NCBI GenBank assembly: GCA_963668315.1
Contig: OY764216.1
Span: forward strand, 672,001 to 736,000
Origin: Spirochaetia bacterium
Lineage (GTDB): Bacteria; Spirochaetota; Spirochaetia; DSM-2461
Reading direction: 5' to 3'
DNA length: 64,000 nucleotides
Part shown: positions 28,072-37,621 of the stretch, in pieces
How the letters are laid out: every line of letters starts with the position of its first letter
How positions within the stretch are numbered: the first letter of the stretch is position 1
Position numbers and translations under genes: made by a program
The notes under the pieces: generated by a model
What the model saw: only the letters and a program-made list of their open reading frames with translations
Told to the model about the DNA's origin: nothing
Database searches by the model: none

Positions 28072-28785
28072 CTATTTTAGCTTTACCGTTTCAACCATAT
28101 AACGGATATTTCCATTTTCATAGAATTTCGCTATGATAATGATAATCGATCTGTTATTCGGCCCGACAAGCACACGGTTTATGTTGTACTTCTCCACTCC
28201 CGATCTCTTGTAGTTGGGATGGCCCACGGTGTAGGTCTGCACCAGACCGTCTGAGGATCTTACGGACAGGTCCAGCGAAAAGGTCGAACTGACGGGAGTG
28301 CCTTCCTGTTTTTCCTGATTCAACGTGAGCTGATAATGATCACCTGTCACGAAATCGTTGAACTCAAGGTTATTCATTCCCGGATTCTCTTCGGATTCCA
28401 GGTTTTCGGGACTTTCGGGATTATCGTCAATCCTTATGTATACGGGCCGCCCCGTCTCCAGATACTCAATGGAGTAGGATGTCCGTACGGCAGCATTGTC
28501 TTCCAGTAGGGAAAAGAGCGCACCCTCCACGGACTGACCGGGAACGACCGTATAATCATAACTCCCTTTTGAGACGCCCTTAGGGACAAACAGATTTCTT
28601 TCCACATCCACCGTGTAAATTTCGGCATAGGAGTGGTGAACTTCGGCGTCGTATCCGTAAAACCCAAACATGAAATATTTGCCGTCCGGCGAAAATCCCA
28701 GATTTACGAACTCCGCCCGGTCACCCGCAGCCAGAGGGGCAATAATAAACATAAGGGCAAAGGCTAATAGTAATACTCTTCTCAT
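28072..28785 (-). CDS. DUF2259-like secreted protein
   Basis: Signal peptide, then AGDRAEFVNLGFSPDGKYFMFG; ends IRYMVETVKL; SD GAGG. Confidence 0.75.
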   Translation of the reverse strand: MRRVLLLAFALMFIIAPLAAGDRAEFVNLGFSPDGKYFMFGFYGYDAEVHHSYAEIYTVDVERNLFVPKGVSKGSYDYTVVPGQSVEGALFSLLEDNAAVRTSYSIEYLETGRPVYIRIDDNPESPENLESEENPGMNNLEFNDFVTGDHYQLTLNQEKQEGTPVSSTFSLDLSVRSSDGLVQTYTVGHPNYKRSGVEKYNINRVLVGPNNRSIIIIIAKFYENGNIRYMVETVKLK

Positions 28786-28804
28786 TTTCCTACCTCAGTA
28801 CTAA

Positions 28805-28831
28805 TTATCGGTCTTACAGGGGGAACCTTTA
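28805..28831 (-). promoter_or_regulatory. sigma28-type promoter
   Basis: Minus strand: TAAA-15 nt-ACCGATAA, 19 nt upstream of ATG 28785. Confidence 0.6.
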
Positions 28832-28859
28832 TCAGAATAAATCGAGAAAAGAATTTGTA

Positions 28860-29807
28860 TCAGCAAAATCCTTCCTGTCCTGACAGATGAACTTCTCCCT
28901 TATAGAAGTTCTTAATATTATCCCGTATCCTGCCAGAAAGGGAAGGTGCTTCCAGGGCCTGGATGTTATCCTTTAGATGTTCCAGGCTTCCCGTGCCCGT
29001 GAGAATCACGTCAAAAAGATCTTCATCCCTGACGAAACGATAGGCCAGACCGGGAAAACTCACCGAATCGGTCCCTCTGAAAAGCTCATCCTTAAATTCA
29101 TAAAAATCGCTCAGGGTAAAACGGAACCTTCCCTCTCCGATCATTTTGTCCATGTATTTTCCGAACTGCTCGTTATTTACCAGGGCTTTTCTGACGGCAA
29201 ACATATTCACTCTGAATATCCCCAGGGCCCCTGCCCGGCGCAGCAGGGAGGAAGCGCCCTGGTTCAACAGGTTGTATCCGACCATAAGGGCGTCCCAAAT
29301 GCTGTCCTTAACCGCCCTTTCCATCATTTCATGGGTCATATCCCGGCCGAACATTTCCGAAATGCCTATCATCCGTATCTTGCCTTCCCTCTTCAGGCTT
29401 TCCAGAAGGGGATAGGCCTCATCTACGGCTCTGTCATAGTCTTCGGGCATGACAGCATGAAGATAGTATACATCGAGATAGTCGGTTTTCAGTTTTCTCA
29501 GTGTGTCTTCGAGGGCATTCTTTATCTGAGCGGCGGATTTCCAGTTATCCTGATCCTTGAGCATGACCTTGGAGCAAAGCGTTATCTCCGAGCGGTCCTT
29601 ATCGCACAAGGCATCTCCCAGCACGGACTCCGTACCGTAGACTTCGGCCGTATCAAAGAAGCGGATTCCCAGCTCATAAGCCGTACGGACAACTCTCTGA
29701 GCCTCTTTTTCGGATGATCTCCGGGAGCCAATGCCCAGGCGGCTGAAACCGCCGCATCCCAACCCAATAGAGGAGGTCGATTTGCCTCCTGCCCATACCG
29801 TTTCCAT
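28860..29807 (-). CDS. Aldo/keto reductase
   Basis: IGLGCGG, FFDTAEVYG, CSK, LKTDYLDVYYLH, GKIRMIGIS. Start taken at ATG 29807 after TTGCTC-17-TAAACT-7 nt (leaderless). Confidence 0.9.
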   Translation of the reverse strand: METVWAGGKSTSSIGLGCGGFSRLGIGSRRSSEKEAQRVVRTAYELGIRFFDTAEVYGTESVLGDALCDKDRSEITLCSKVMLKDQDNWKSAAQIKNALEDTLRKLKTDYLDVYYLHAVMPEDYDRAVDEAYPLLESLKREGKIRMIGISEMFGRDMTHEMMERAVKDSIWDALMVGYNLLNQGASSLLRRAGALGIFRVNMFAVRKALVNNEQFGKYMDKMIGEGRFRFTLSDFYEFKDELFRGTDSVSFPGLAYRFVRDEDLFDVILTGTGSLEHLKDNIQALEAPSLSGRIRDNIKNFYKGEVHLSGQEGFC

Positions 29808-29955
29808 AAAAAGAAGTTTACCATGGAAATGGGGTGTGAGCAAAAGAAAACTGAAGAATCTGCCGGGGGAAAAACGGTTCAGAAAGAATTCCCTATGTCA
29901 AATTATGAAATTGCGTGGGCTTTCCAATTTCCGGCAAATCGGTTATTCTTTACCT

Positions 29956-30144
29956 ATGGAAATTAAAATCAATGTGAGGGACAATGGAGCCTGCCCGATG
30001 TGCCGATACCATGGGAAATGTACGATCCAGAATTTTGTCCGGGAATGCATCGGGGACAAAATAATAAACAAGGACGATTTCATGGAGTTGGTTATTTACC
30101 GCTGTCCTCAGTTCGCCGAAGACGGCCCCAGGCTGAAGCACTAA
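29956..30144 (+). CDS. Small Cys-rich protein (62 aa), putative metal-binding
   Basis: MEIKINVRDNGACPMCRYHGKC...LVIYRCPQF; TTTCCA-17-TATTCT-6 nt-ATG. Confidence 0.7.
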   Translation: MEIKINVRDNGACPMCRYHGKCTIQNFVRECIGDKIINKDDFMELVIYRCPQFAEDGPRLKH

Positions 30145-30157
30145 ACAGGAGTGCCTA

Positions 30158-30580
30158 ATGACAGAAATCTTTTTATTCAGAGGCTTTACCCAAGAGGATA
30201 TCAACAGAGGGAAATCGGAATTAACCTCTAAGGGCATCAATACCGGCGATATGATTTTTCTGCCGGCCGACAGGGCCATGCTTGAAGAAAACGTCGAAAG
30301 CCTCTTAACACGTATAGAACAAGAGGACGTCACATCGGAAGGAAACGCTCCCGGAAGCATGGCCGTTATTATGGCGGTGGGTTCCCAGGAGAAAGCCCTG
30401 ACCGTTATGAGAACCTTTAAAAGGATCCTCGAGACTCCGGAAAAGCCGGCCTTCGCCATGATTACTCCGACATCCTTAACCTGGACCCTCGGCTATTACA
30501 TGGATCATGTCACAAAGGAGCACGAGTACATGAAGACCCATAATCCGGCGGATGACCCGGATATGAAAAAGATCAACTGA
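30158..30580 (+). CDS. DUF3783-like protein
   Basis: C-terminal AFAMITPTSLTWTLGYYMDHVTKEHEYM; SD AGGAG. Confidence 0.7.
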   Translation: MTEIFLFRGFTQEDINRGKSELTSKGINTGDMIFLPADRAMLEENVESLLTRIEQEDVTSEGNAPGSMAVIMAVGSQEKALTVMRTFKRILETPEKPAFAMITPTSLTWTLGYYMDHVTKEHEYMKTHNPADDPDMKKIN

Positions 30581-30602
30581 AAACCGGAGCTTTTCGCTCC
30601 GG
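30581..30602. terminator. Terminator hairpin between convergent genes
   Basis: CCGGAGC-TTTTC-GCTCCGG, T-run on the minus strand. Confidence 0.55.
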
Positions 30603-30622
30603 ATTATCAGCGAAGGGTCTGC

Positions 30623-31477
30623 TTATCCCTTCAAACCTTCCGTACTGATTCCTTCTATCAGATACTTCTGCAAAGCAATAAATATCCCGAATACCGGCAG
30701 GAGAGAAAGAAACGACATGGCGTAGATCGCTCCCCAGTCGGTCTGTCCGCTGGGGTCGGAAAAGGAACGCAGGGCCAGGGAAATCGTATACAGCTTGGGC
30801 TTGTTAAGGTAGATCAGGGGCATCAGGAACTCTCCCCATGACCAGTAAAAGGCAAATATCGCCGCAGTAATCATGGCCGGCGTACAGAGGGGCATGATAA
30901 TCGTGAAGAACGTTTTATACCGGTTGCACCCGTCAATTTCCGCCGCCTCATCCAGAGAGCGGGGGACTCCGCGGATAAACTGAACGATCATAAAGATGAA
31001 AAATGCCCTTCCGAAAAAACTCGGCACGATAATCGGCTTGAAGCTGTTGACCCAGCCCAGCTTGGAGAACATGATGTACTGCGGAATCAGCTGGATCTGC
31101 AGGGGAAGCATCAGGGTGGCCAGCATACAGGCGAACCAGAATTTCTTCAGGGGAAAATTGAGCCTGGCAAAACCATAGGCGATAAAGGCAGAAGAGAAAA
31201 CCAGGGCCAGAGTGGTAACCACTGAGATGATAATCGTATTTTTATAGAAAACGGAAAAGGATATATTCCCGAATCCCTTCCAGCCGTCCATGTAATGCTC
31301 AAGAGTCGGCCTGAGAGGGTATATGGAGGACATGCGCGTCCAGATCTCTCCATCCGGTTTGAGGGAACTTCCCCCCAGCCATAGGATGGGATAGATCATG
31401 AAAATACCAATCAGGATTACCAGAGTATGGTAAATTATCGTGTTTCTCGTTCGTTTAGATCTGTTGACTTCAACCAT
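30623..31477 (-). CDS. Carbohydrate ABC permease (MalG-type)
   Basis: AYGFARLNFP; EAA loop LDEAAEIDGC. Confidence 0.93.
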   Translation of the reverse strand: MVEVNRSKRTRNTIIYHTLVILIGIFMIYPILWLGGSSLKPDGEIWTRMSSIYPLRPTLEHYMDGWKGFGNISFSVFYKNTIIISVVTTLALVFSSAFIAYGFARLNFPLKKFWFACMLATLMLPLQIQLIPQYIMFSKLGWVNSFKPIIVPSFFGRAFFIFMIVQFIRGVPRSLDEAAEIDGCNRYKTFFTIIMPLCTPAMITAAIFAFYWSWGEFLMPLIYLNKPKLYTISLALRSFSDPSGQTDWGAIYAMSFLSLLPVFGIFIALQKYLIEGISTEGLKG

Positions 31478-31480
31478 AAA

Positions 31481-32380
31481 CTACTCCGATTCGTAATGTA
31501 CCCACATGGGGGAGGATTTGAAGATGAGTCCCGTGAAAAGGGCCACAGTAATAAGGAGAACAATAGCCATGGCCGAACCGTATCCCATCTGGAAACTCTC
31601 AAAGGCACGGGTATAGAGGTAAAGCGCATAGAAATTGGTTGTATCAAGGGGGGTCCCCTGTCCATTGGTAACGATGAATGCCTGGGTAAAGGCGGTAAAT
31701 CCTGTGATCATCTGCATAATCAGGTTGAAGAGGAAGATGGGCGTGAGCATGGGCAGGGTGATTTTGAAAAACTGCCTGATAGGTCCGGCCCCGTCAATGG
31801 AGGAGGACTCATAAAGGTCTGAAGGAATCTGCTTAAGTCCCGCCAGGAAAATCAGCATGGGTGATCCGAACTGCCAGACGACCAGGAGGATCAACGTCCA
31901 TATGGCGAAGCGGGGATCTCCCAGCCATACCGTGTCGGAAGGTAGATTGAATTTTCCCAGTATGGCATTCAGCAAGCCATCGGGACCGAAAATTTCCCGC
32001 CACATGACAGCAACGGCGACGCTGGAACCGACAACGGAAGGAGCATAGTAAAGGGCTCTATAAAAATATGTTCCCCGTCTGTTATTATGCAGCATCATGG
32101 CTACAAACAGGGCAAAGATAAGCCGTACGGGAACTGATACAAAGGCAAAGTAAAGGGTGGCTTTAACCGATTTCCAATAACGGACATCATCGGTGAACAT
32201 GCGGATGAAATTCGAAACCCCGACAAATTCAGGCTTGGAAAGCATGTCGTATTCGGTAAAGCCGAGATAGAGGGTGGCGACCATGGGAATGAGGTTCAGC
32301 CCGAGAAATCCGATGAGCCAGGGTAGAATGAAAAGGTACCCGTCTATGGACTCACGGGTGGAATGTTTTTTTATTTTCAT
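31481..32380 (-). CDS. Carbohydrate ABC permease (MalF-type)
   Basis: GYLFILPWLIGF, IFLAGLKQIP..LYESSSIDGA, FQMGYGSA; SD GGAG before ATG 32380. Confidence 0.93.
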   Translation of the reverse strand: MKIKKHSTRESIDGYLFILPWLIGFLGLNLIPMVATLYLGFTEYDMLSKPEFVGVSNFIRMFTDDVRYWKSVKATLYFAFVSVPVRLIFALFVAMMLHNNRRGTYFYRALYYAPSVVGSSVAVAVMWREIFGPDGLLNAILGKFNLPSDTVWLGDPRFAIWTLILLVVWQFGSPMLIFLAGLKQIPSDLYESSSIDGAGPIRQFFKITLPMLTPIFLFNLIMQMITGFTAFTQAFIVTNGQGTPLDTTNFYALYLYTRAFESFQMGYGSAMAIVLLITVALFTGLIFKSSPMWVHYESE

Positions 32381-32400
32381 GTGAAAACTCCAGAAAAGGA

Positions 32401-32418
32401 GGTCCGGAAAGCCGGACC
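32401..32418. other. Intercistronic hairpin after the SBP gene (mRNA-stabilising type)
   Basis: GGTCCGG-AAAG-CCGGACC. Confidence 0.5.
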
Positions 32419-32442
32419 CCCTCAAAGGTATACTTCCTATGC

Positions 32443-33744
32443 TTATTTGTTTTTAGCCAGGATCTTCTTGGCTTCGGCCGTTAAGGTGGCAACGGCTTCC
32501 TTAGGAGTAATCACCCCGTAGCACATGGGATCGAGGAACTGGGGAGTAAAGACATTGTTCATTATGTCCGAGTGTCCCACAGGATCGGGATTGGGAAGAG
32601 GACTATTATCCATAGAAACCCGGTCAATGTAATTGAAGGATTCAAGCTGGGCGGGTCCCATCTGGCCCTTGATCCCTTCTCTGATGGCGGAGGAGATGGG
32701 CACTCCTCTTTCTGCAGCAAGGATCTTGTTCACATCCAGGTCGTTGGTGAAGTAATTGATGAAGTCGGCGGCCCTTTTGGGATTCTCGCTTTTGGCGCTG
32801 ATGGAGAAGAACATGCTGGGCTTGAGATAGTTGGCGGCGGGACCGTCTTTCGTCAGTCTGGGCTTGTGAGTCATATAGAAATGTCTGCCCTCGCCGGCGG
32901 CGGATGCCAGAGCGGTCAACTGGTTGCTCCAGAAATACTCCATGGCGGCTTCTTTCTGAACCATACCTTTCGTCTCGATGCTGATGCCGTATTTGGCCAG
33001 TTCTTCGTCTCTGCTGGGAATGACACCGTCTTTCTGCATGTTGACGATCATTTCGCAGTAATCCACAAAGAGGCTCTGGTCGGTGTAACCCACATCCGTA
33101 CCCGCATCATTATAGGCATATTCCCCATTGGAGAGGTAGATGGTTTTCCAGTTCTGATCGCCCAGAAGGCCGTCGCCCATACCGTAAATACCCAGTTTCG
33201 CGTGAAGCTCCCGGGCAATGGATTCAAATTCATCCCAGGTCCAGTTCTGGGGAGGAAGGGGAATTCCCGCCTTTTCAAAGGCGTCCACATCAAGGACGAA
33301 ACATTCCGAATTCATTCCCAGGTTGACGGCATAAAGATCACCGTCAATTCTTCCGCCGGCAATGGCGCTCTCCACCACATTGGAGAAATCGATCGTATTA
33401 TCGGCTACGTAGGGCTCCAGGTCGAGCATGAGCCCCTTATCCACCCATTCGGCCAGGCGGGCGTAGTCCTGCTGCATGACGTCGGGGAGCATACCTCCGG
33501 CAGCCATGGTGGTTGTCTTTGTCCAGTAATCGGTCCAACCGGCGAACTCATAGGTTGCTTCCACGTTGGGATTCTTTTCCATATACAGCTCGATAGCCTT
33601 TATGGTTCTGTCGTGGCGGTTCTGGGAACCCCACCAGATAACGGATAATTCTTCACTTCCCGATGCACCCTTGTCATCAGCGCCATTGGCGGCCAGGGGA
33701 AACAGGACAGTCAGAGCGATAAGCAGTAATACCGCTTTTTTCAT
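32443..33744 (-). CDS. Carbohydrate ABC substrate-binding protein (SBP family 1, YesO-like)
   Basis: WWGSQNRH, WTDYWTK, LPDVMQQD, WTWDEF, YLKPSMFFSI, ERGVP; SD GGAGGT. Confidence 0.9.
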   Translation of the reverse strand: MKKAVLLLIALTVLFPLAANGADDKGASGSEELSVIWWGSQNRHDRTIKAIELYMEKNPNVEATYEFAGWTDYWTKTTTMAAGGMLPDVMQQDYARLAEWVDKGLMLDLEPYVADNTIDFSNVVESAIAGGRIDGDLYAVNLGMNSECFVLDVDAFEKAGIPLPPQNWTWDEFESIARELHAKLGIYGMGDGLLGDQNWKTIYLSNGEYAYNDAGTDVGYTDQSLFVDYCEMIVNMQKDGVIPSRDEELAKYGISIETKGMVQKEAAMEYFWSNQLTALASAAGEGRHFYMTHKPRLTKDGPAANYLKPSMFFSISAKSENPKRAADFINYFTNDLDVNKILAAERGVPISSAIREGIKGQMGPAQLESFNYIDRVSMDNSPLPNPDPVGHSDIMNNVFTPQFLDPMCYGVITPKEAVATLTAEAKKILAKNK

Positions 33745-33797
33745 AAAATAAACCTCCCTAAATGGTTCAATATATATTCATTATTCGACCGTTTTGG

Positions 33798-34487
33798 TTA
33801 ATTGAAAATTGAAAAAAGCGATGTTTCCTTTAAAATATCCGACTTTTTGTTCTCTTTTTTTATGCATCTCCCCGATAGTTCCCTCTGATCCAGCTGCCAG
33901 GAAGGGTGAAACAGATCTATGACTGATTTTTCCGCCCCTATCCACTCGCGCGCTTTTTCCCCTGTCATAAGCAAGGGCATCCGCTTTTTCTCGTTATGCA
34001 CTTCCGCCAGAAAGTCACGGGCTTCCAGAGTAATAAGGCTGAATGTCCTTTCGGGAAAATCCCCCTGAAGAAGGGCGGATGTCTCGGCGTAGAGTCCTCC
34101 CAGAAAAAAGAATCCGCCGTCCGCCTTTTCGATAAGCCAGGTCTCCCTGCCCGCTTCTCCCAGATGGGGCTCGAAAAAACCCCGGACCGGCAGTATGCAG
34201 CGCTTTTCGGGCCAGCTGTTTCGGAAGGAGGGTTTCTGATGAACCGTTTCACTGCGGGCATTCACGGTGGCGGACCGGAGCTTTCCGGCCTGTTCCTTTT
34301 CCCTGACCCACGGGGGAATAAGCCCCCAGCCGGCGGAAAAGGCCTCTTCCCTGCCGGAAGCAAGAATCGGAAGGGAAGGAAAGGAGAAGGCGGAAAGCTC
34401 CCCTTCGGGCCAGCTGCGGTCCGACAGATTCCGGAATGAAGGGAGCTGCCCTATCACCGTTTTATCAAAGACGACCCGGAAGCACAT
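33798..34487 (-). CDS. SOS-response-associated peptidase (SRAP/YedK/HMCES) family protein
   Basis: Start MCFR puts Cys at position 2; WGLIPPW, NARSET, RCILPVRGFFE, VHNEKKRMP; TGATG overlap with the upstream regulator. Confidence 0.88.
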   Translation of the reverse strand: MCFRVVFDKTVIGQLPSFRNLSDRSWPEGELSAFSFPSLPILASGREEAFSAGWGLIPPWVREKEQAGKLRSATVNARSETVHQKPSFRNSWPEKRCILPVRGFFEPHLGEAGRETWLIEKADGGFFFLGGLYAETSALLQGDFPERTFSLITLEARDFLAEVHNEKKRMPLLMTGEKAREWIGAEKSVIDLFHPSWQLDQRELSGRCIKKENKKSDILKETSLFSIFN

Positions 34488-35212
34488 CAGTCCCTTCCCA
34501 GATATTCCCGGGGACTCATCCCGAGGACCTTTTTGAACTGGGTGGAAAAGTACTGCCCGTCCGGGGGAAAGCCGCACTGTTCTCCCACTTCGTAAATTTT
34601 TTCGCTGCCCCCTTCATCAAAGAGGATCCGGGCCTTATCCACCCTGAGCCGGCTGAGATAACAGGCAAAGGAAAGTCCGGTATATTTCTTGAACAGCCTT
34701 CCCAGATGTTCGCTGTTCTTATAAATCAGATTGTCCGCAATCCACCCCAGAGTAAGATCTCTCCGGCTGTAGTTATACTCAATGTATTCCAGAACCTTAT
34801 CAACCACGGCATTTCCCGTGGAAACCTCCCTGTGGGTCTCCCGGATCTCATTTCCCAGGCTGATGATTTTCTCTTCCAGCTCACCCTCGTCAAGAGGTTT
34901 GAGGAGATAGTGCTTCACCCCGAATTCCATGGCTTTCCGGGCGAAGGTGAAATCGTCATAGCCGGAAAGAATGATGTATTTCGGAGTCCATCCGTAACCT
35001 TGGGTCTCACGGATCATTTCAAGGCCGCTCATCCCGGGCATCCGAATATCCGTTATAACAAGGGCCGGCTTAGTTTCTCTTATCATATTCAGCCCTTCCC
35101 GCCCGTCCGCTGCGGTACCTACGAGCCGGCACCCCAGTCTGGTCCAGTTCATGGCCGCCGCAATACCTTCGCGAATCAGCCTTTCATCATCAATGACAAC
35201 CACCCCGATCAT
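34487..35212 (-). CDS. YesN-like response regulator (REC + AraC HTH)
   Basis: IDDE, ITDIRMPGMSG, YLLKP, YFSTQFKKVLGMSPREY. Confidence 0.93.
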   Translation of the reverse strand: MIGVVVIDDERLIREGIAAAMNWTRLGCRLVGTAADGREGLNMIRETKPALVITDIRMPGMSGLEMIRETQGYGWTPKYIILSGYDDFTFARKAMEFGVKHYLLKPLDEGELEEKIISLGNEIRETHREVSTGNAVVDKVLEYIEYNYSRRDLTLGWIADNLIYKNSEHLGRLFKKYTGLSFACYLSRLRVDKARILFDEGGSEKIYEVGEQCGFPPDGQYFSTQFKKVLGMSPREYLGRD

Positions 35213-36960
35213 AGGTTTGTCTTCTCCCTGAGAAGAGGAAATTCCAGGATACTGCAGGACCCCTTCACGGATTTGTTTCTGATAATCAATTTACCTCTTC
35301 CTTTATAATATAACTGAATTCTCTCGTAAATATTACTCAATCCCACGCCCAGCAGATTTTCGGAGATAAGTTCTTCCATTCCCTTTTCCCGGTATATCTC
35401 CATCAATTGTTCGGGAAAGCCCCGCCCCCCGTCGCAAACGCTGATCTCCAGCATGTCTCCCTGCTTGATTTTAATAATCAATTCGATAGATAGTTTTCCC
35501 TCGCCCTCTTCTATTCCATATTTAATGGCATTCTCTACCAGCGGCTGGAGAATAAAGGGGAGCATCATGACCGGTTCCGCCCCGGGATCGACTTCACAAT
35601 GCCAGTAAAGCCTTTCCTGAAAGCGGATTTTCTGAATGGCGAGATAGTCATCCAACAGGCTCAGTTCCTCCCTGACGGTAATCCTTTCCCTCCTCTCGCT
35701 CAGAGAGTGGCGAAGCAGCCGGCCCAGGGCCACCACCATTCGGGCGATATCCTGGTCTCCGGACCTCCTGGCCATCCAGTTGATGGAATCCAGGGTATTA
35801 TACAGAAAATGGGGATTGATCTGAGATCTGAGCATCTGCAGCTGCGTCGTCTGGAGAGACATCTGTTTTACATAATCCTGGTACACCTGCTCCTGTATTT
35901 TTTTCAAGGCCAGTTCCACGTCCCGGTATAAAGCAGCCGTTTCTTCCGTCAGGTACCGTTCCGAGGGAGGATTGAGGGAAATATTGAAGACGTTCTGCTC
36001 GATAGCCCTCAGATCCCGGCTCAGCAATTCAAGGGGTTTGGTGAAATGGCGAACATAAATTCTGCCCGTGAAGAACATGATGAAGGCGAGGACGGCATGG
36101 CCCAAAATCATGGCGGTCCACAGAGTGACATCAAGGCGTCTCATATCATTCAGAGAGGTGTAACCGATGAAGGACCAGCCTTCCTTTTTACCTGAAACAA
36201 CCGTGACAAAGTAATATCCGCTATCGTCCTTATAGAAAGAGAAACCCTCATCAAGATTATCAAGGGAGTGGAAAATCCTGTGGGAAAAGTCATCCTCGAG
36301 AAGCAGTTCCCCGTCCTTTACCAGCAGGAAATTCATTTCCGAGGAGAGGGGTATCTGCCTCTGGTATTTCTTTATGAGAAGCTTAACGTCGATGTATGTC
36401 AGCATCGTTCCCAGAGTGAAAAAATCCAGGGAAGAGATATCCCGTATATTCCTGACATTAACCAGATTATTCTGGCTGCCCACGAAATAGAAATCCTTCC
36501 CGTCTTCATAACCGGGATGCTCCTTGAGGGCGGGATTATACTCGCTCTTCATTGATCCCACGCTCCGCCCGATCTGAATCTGATCTCCCTCCAGCAGATC
36601 AAGCTCTATCTGGGAAATGTAGAAATCCCCGTATGCCTGGTTGAAGAGGATATCCTTAATCATATCCCTTACCTGAATCCGCTCATACCTGTCGGAATAG
36701 GAACTCTCATTTTTTATGGCATTTTGAAGCCTTTCATCGGCGGCTAGATAAAGGGTCATTTCGGAGATTTTATCCAGTTCGTATTCCAGATAGGTTACGG
36801 CAATTTCCAGGGTATTCCGGAATGTCCTGTAGAACTGAACATCAAAAGAGTGCTTCAGAGTTTTGAAAATAGCCATGGAGAAAAGAAGGCTGATGCAGAT
36901 TATGAGGATAAGCATCTGGGAGATTCGGGCAAACAGGGTTCTTTTCCATAAACCGGCCAT
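35209..36960 (-). CDS. YesM-like sensor histidine kinase
   Basis: Two TM, HAMP, LRSQINPHFLYNTL, LQPLVENAIKYG, DGGRG, GVGLSNI; TGG-TATATT-6 nt-ATG (leaderless). Confidence 0.93.
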   Translation of the reverse strand: MAGLWKRTLFARISQMLILIICISLLFSMAIFKTLKHSFDVQFYRTFRNTLEIAVTYLEYELDKISEMTLYLAADERLQNAIKNESSYSDRYERIQVRDMIKDILFNQAYGDFYISQIELDLLEGDQIQIGRSVGSMKSEYNPALKEHPGYEDGKDFYFVGSQNNLVNVRNIRDISSLDFFTLGTMLTYIDVKLLIKKYQRQIPLSSEMNFLLVKDGELLLEDDFSHRIFHSLDNLDEGFSFYKDDSGYYFVTVVSGKKEGWSFIGYTSLNDMRRLDVTLWTAMILGHAVLAFIMFFTGRIYVRHFTKPLELLSRDLRAIEQNVFNISLNPPSERYLTEETAALYRDVELALKKIQEQVYQDYVKQMSLQTTQLQMLRSQINPHFLYNTLDSINWMARRSGDQDIARMVVALGRLLRHSLSERRERITVREELSLLDDYLAIQKIRFQERLYWHCEVDPGAEPVMMLPFILQPLVENAIKYGIEEGEGKLSIELIIKIKQGDMLEISVCDGGRGFPEQLMEIYREKGMEELISENLLGVGLSNIYERIQLYYKGRGKLIIRNKSVKGSCSILEFPLLREKTNL

Positions 36961-37078
36961 GGCACAAATATACCAGACAAAAGAAATAAGGGAAATGCCC
37001 GCGGCCCCCCTGCCGCTCCTCTTTTCAAAGTAAGGAATTTATGGTTCACTGTTTTTCTTAAATTTTCTGGAGGAAACA

Positions 37079-37528
37079 TTGGAAAAAACCTTACTGATGC
37101 TCAAACCCGGCGTATTACAGAGAAGACTGGTCGGGGATATTATTGGAAATATTGAAAAAAAGGGCCTGAAGCTGACCGCCATGAAGATGCTGCAGTTGGA
37201 CAGGGAAATGGTCCGGGCCCATTATGCGGAACACGTGGAGAAGTCCTGGTTTGCCGACGTGGAAGCTTTCACACTCAAAGGTCCTGTCATCCTTATGATC
37301 GCCGAGGGAAAGAACGCCGTCATGATTATGAGAAAACAGGCGGGCGCCACTTATGTGGAAGAGATGGAACCGGGTACCATCAGAGGCGATTTTGCCCTGG
37401 GGACAACAAAGCCGGACAACTGTATTCACGCTTCCGACTCTCCGGAAAGCGCCGCCCGTGAAATTGAGCTTTTTTTCAAGAAAGAAGAGATCTGTTCATG
37501 GGAAGATCCTCTCGCCGGCTGGATGTAG
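37079..37528 (+). CDS. ndk: Nucleoside-diphosphate kinase
   Basis: TLLMLKPG, HYAEH, PGTIRGDF, NCIHASDS; SD GGAGG with TTG start. Confidence 0.96.
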   Translation: MEKTLLMLKPGVLQRRLVGDIIGNIEKKGLKLTAMKMLQLDREMVRAHYAEHVEKSWFADVEAFTLKGPVILMIAEGKNAVMIMRKQAGATYVEEMEPGTIRGDFALGTTKPDNCIHASDSPESAAREIELFFKKEEICSWEDPLAGWM

Positions 37529-37572
37529 AAAGAGCCATATCATCGGGACTCTTTACGGTATTATATATTCTT

Positions 37573-37616
37573 TCCCCCCTTCCCCGCGGCATAAACCCGG
37601 GAGGGGGATTTTTTTT
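37573..37616 (+). terminator. Intrinsic terminator after ndk
   Basis: TCCCCC..TCCC/GGGA.GGGGGA stem followed by T8. Confidence 0.6.
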
Positions 37617-37621
37617 GCCCT

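Noticed and set aside
32572..33648. 358-aa plus-strand ORF and similar long antisense ORFs (17584, 34436, 46491, 47906, 53065)
   Set aside because: Each fully overlaps a well-supported opposite-strand gene; typical codon-bias shadows.
36960..36975. sigma54 promoter at TGGCAC upstream of ndk
   Set aside because: No TTGC at the -12 position (TACC instead); better explained by the yesM-like start and -10.
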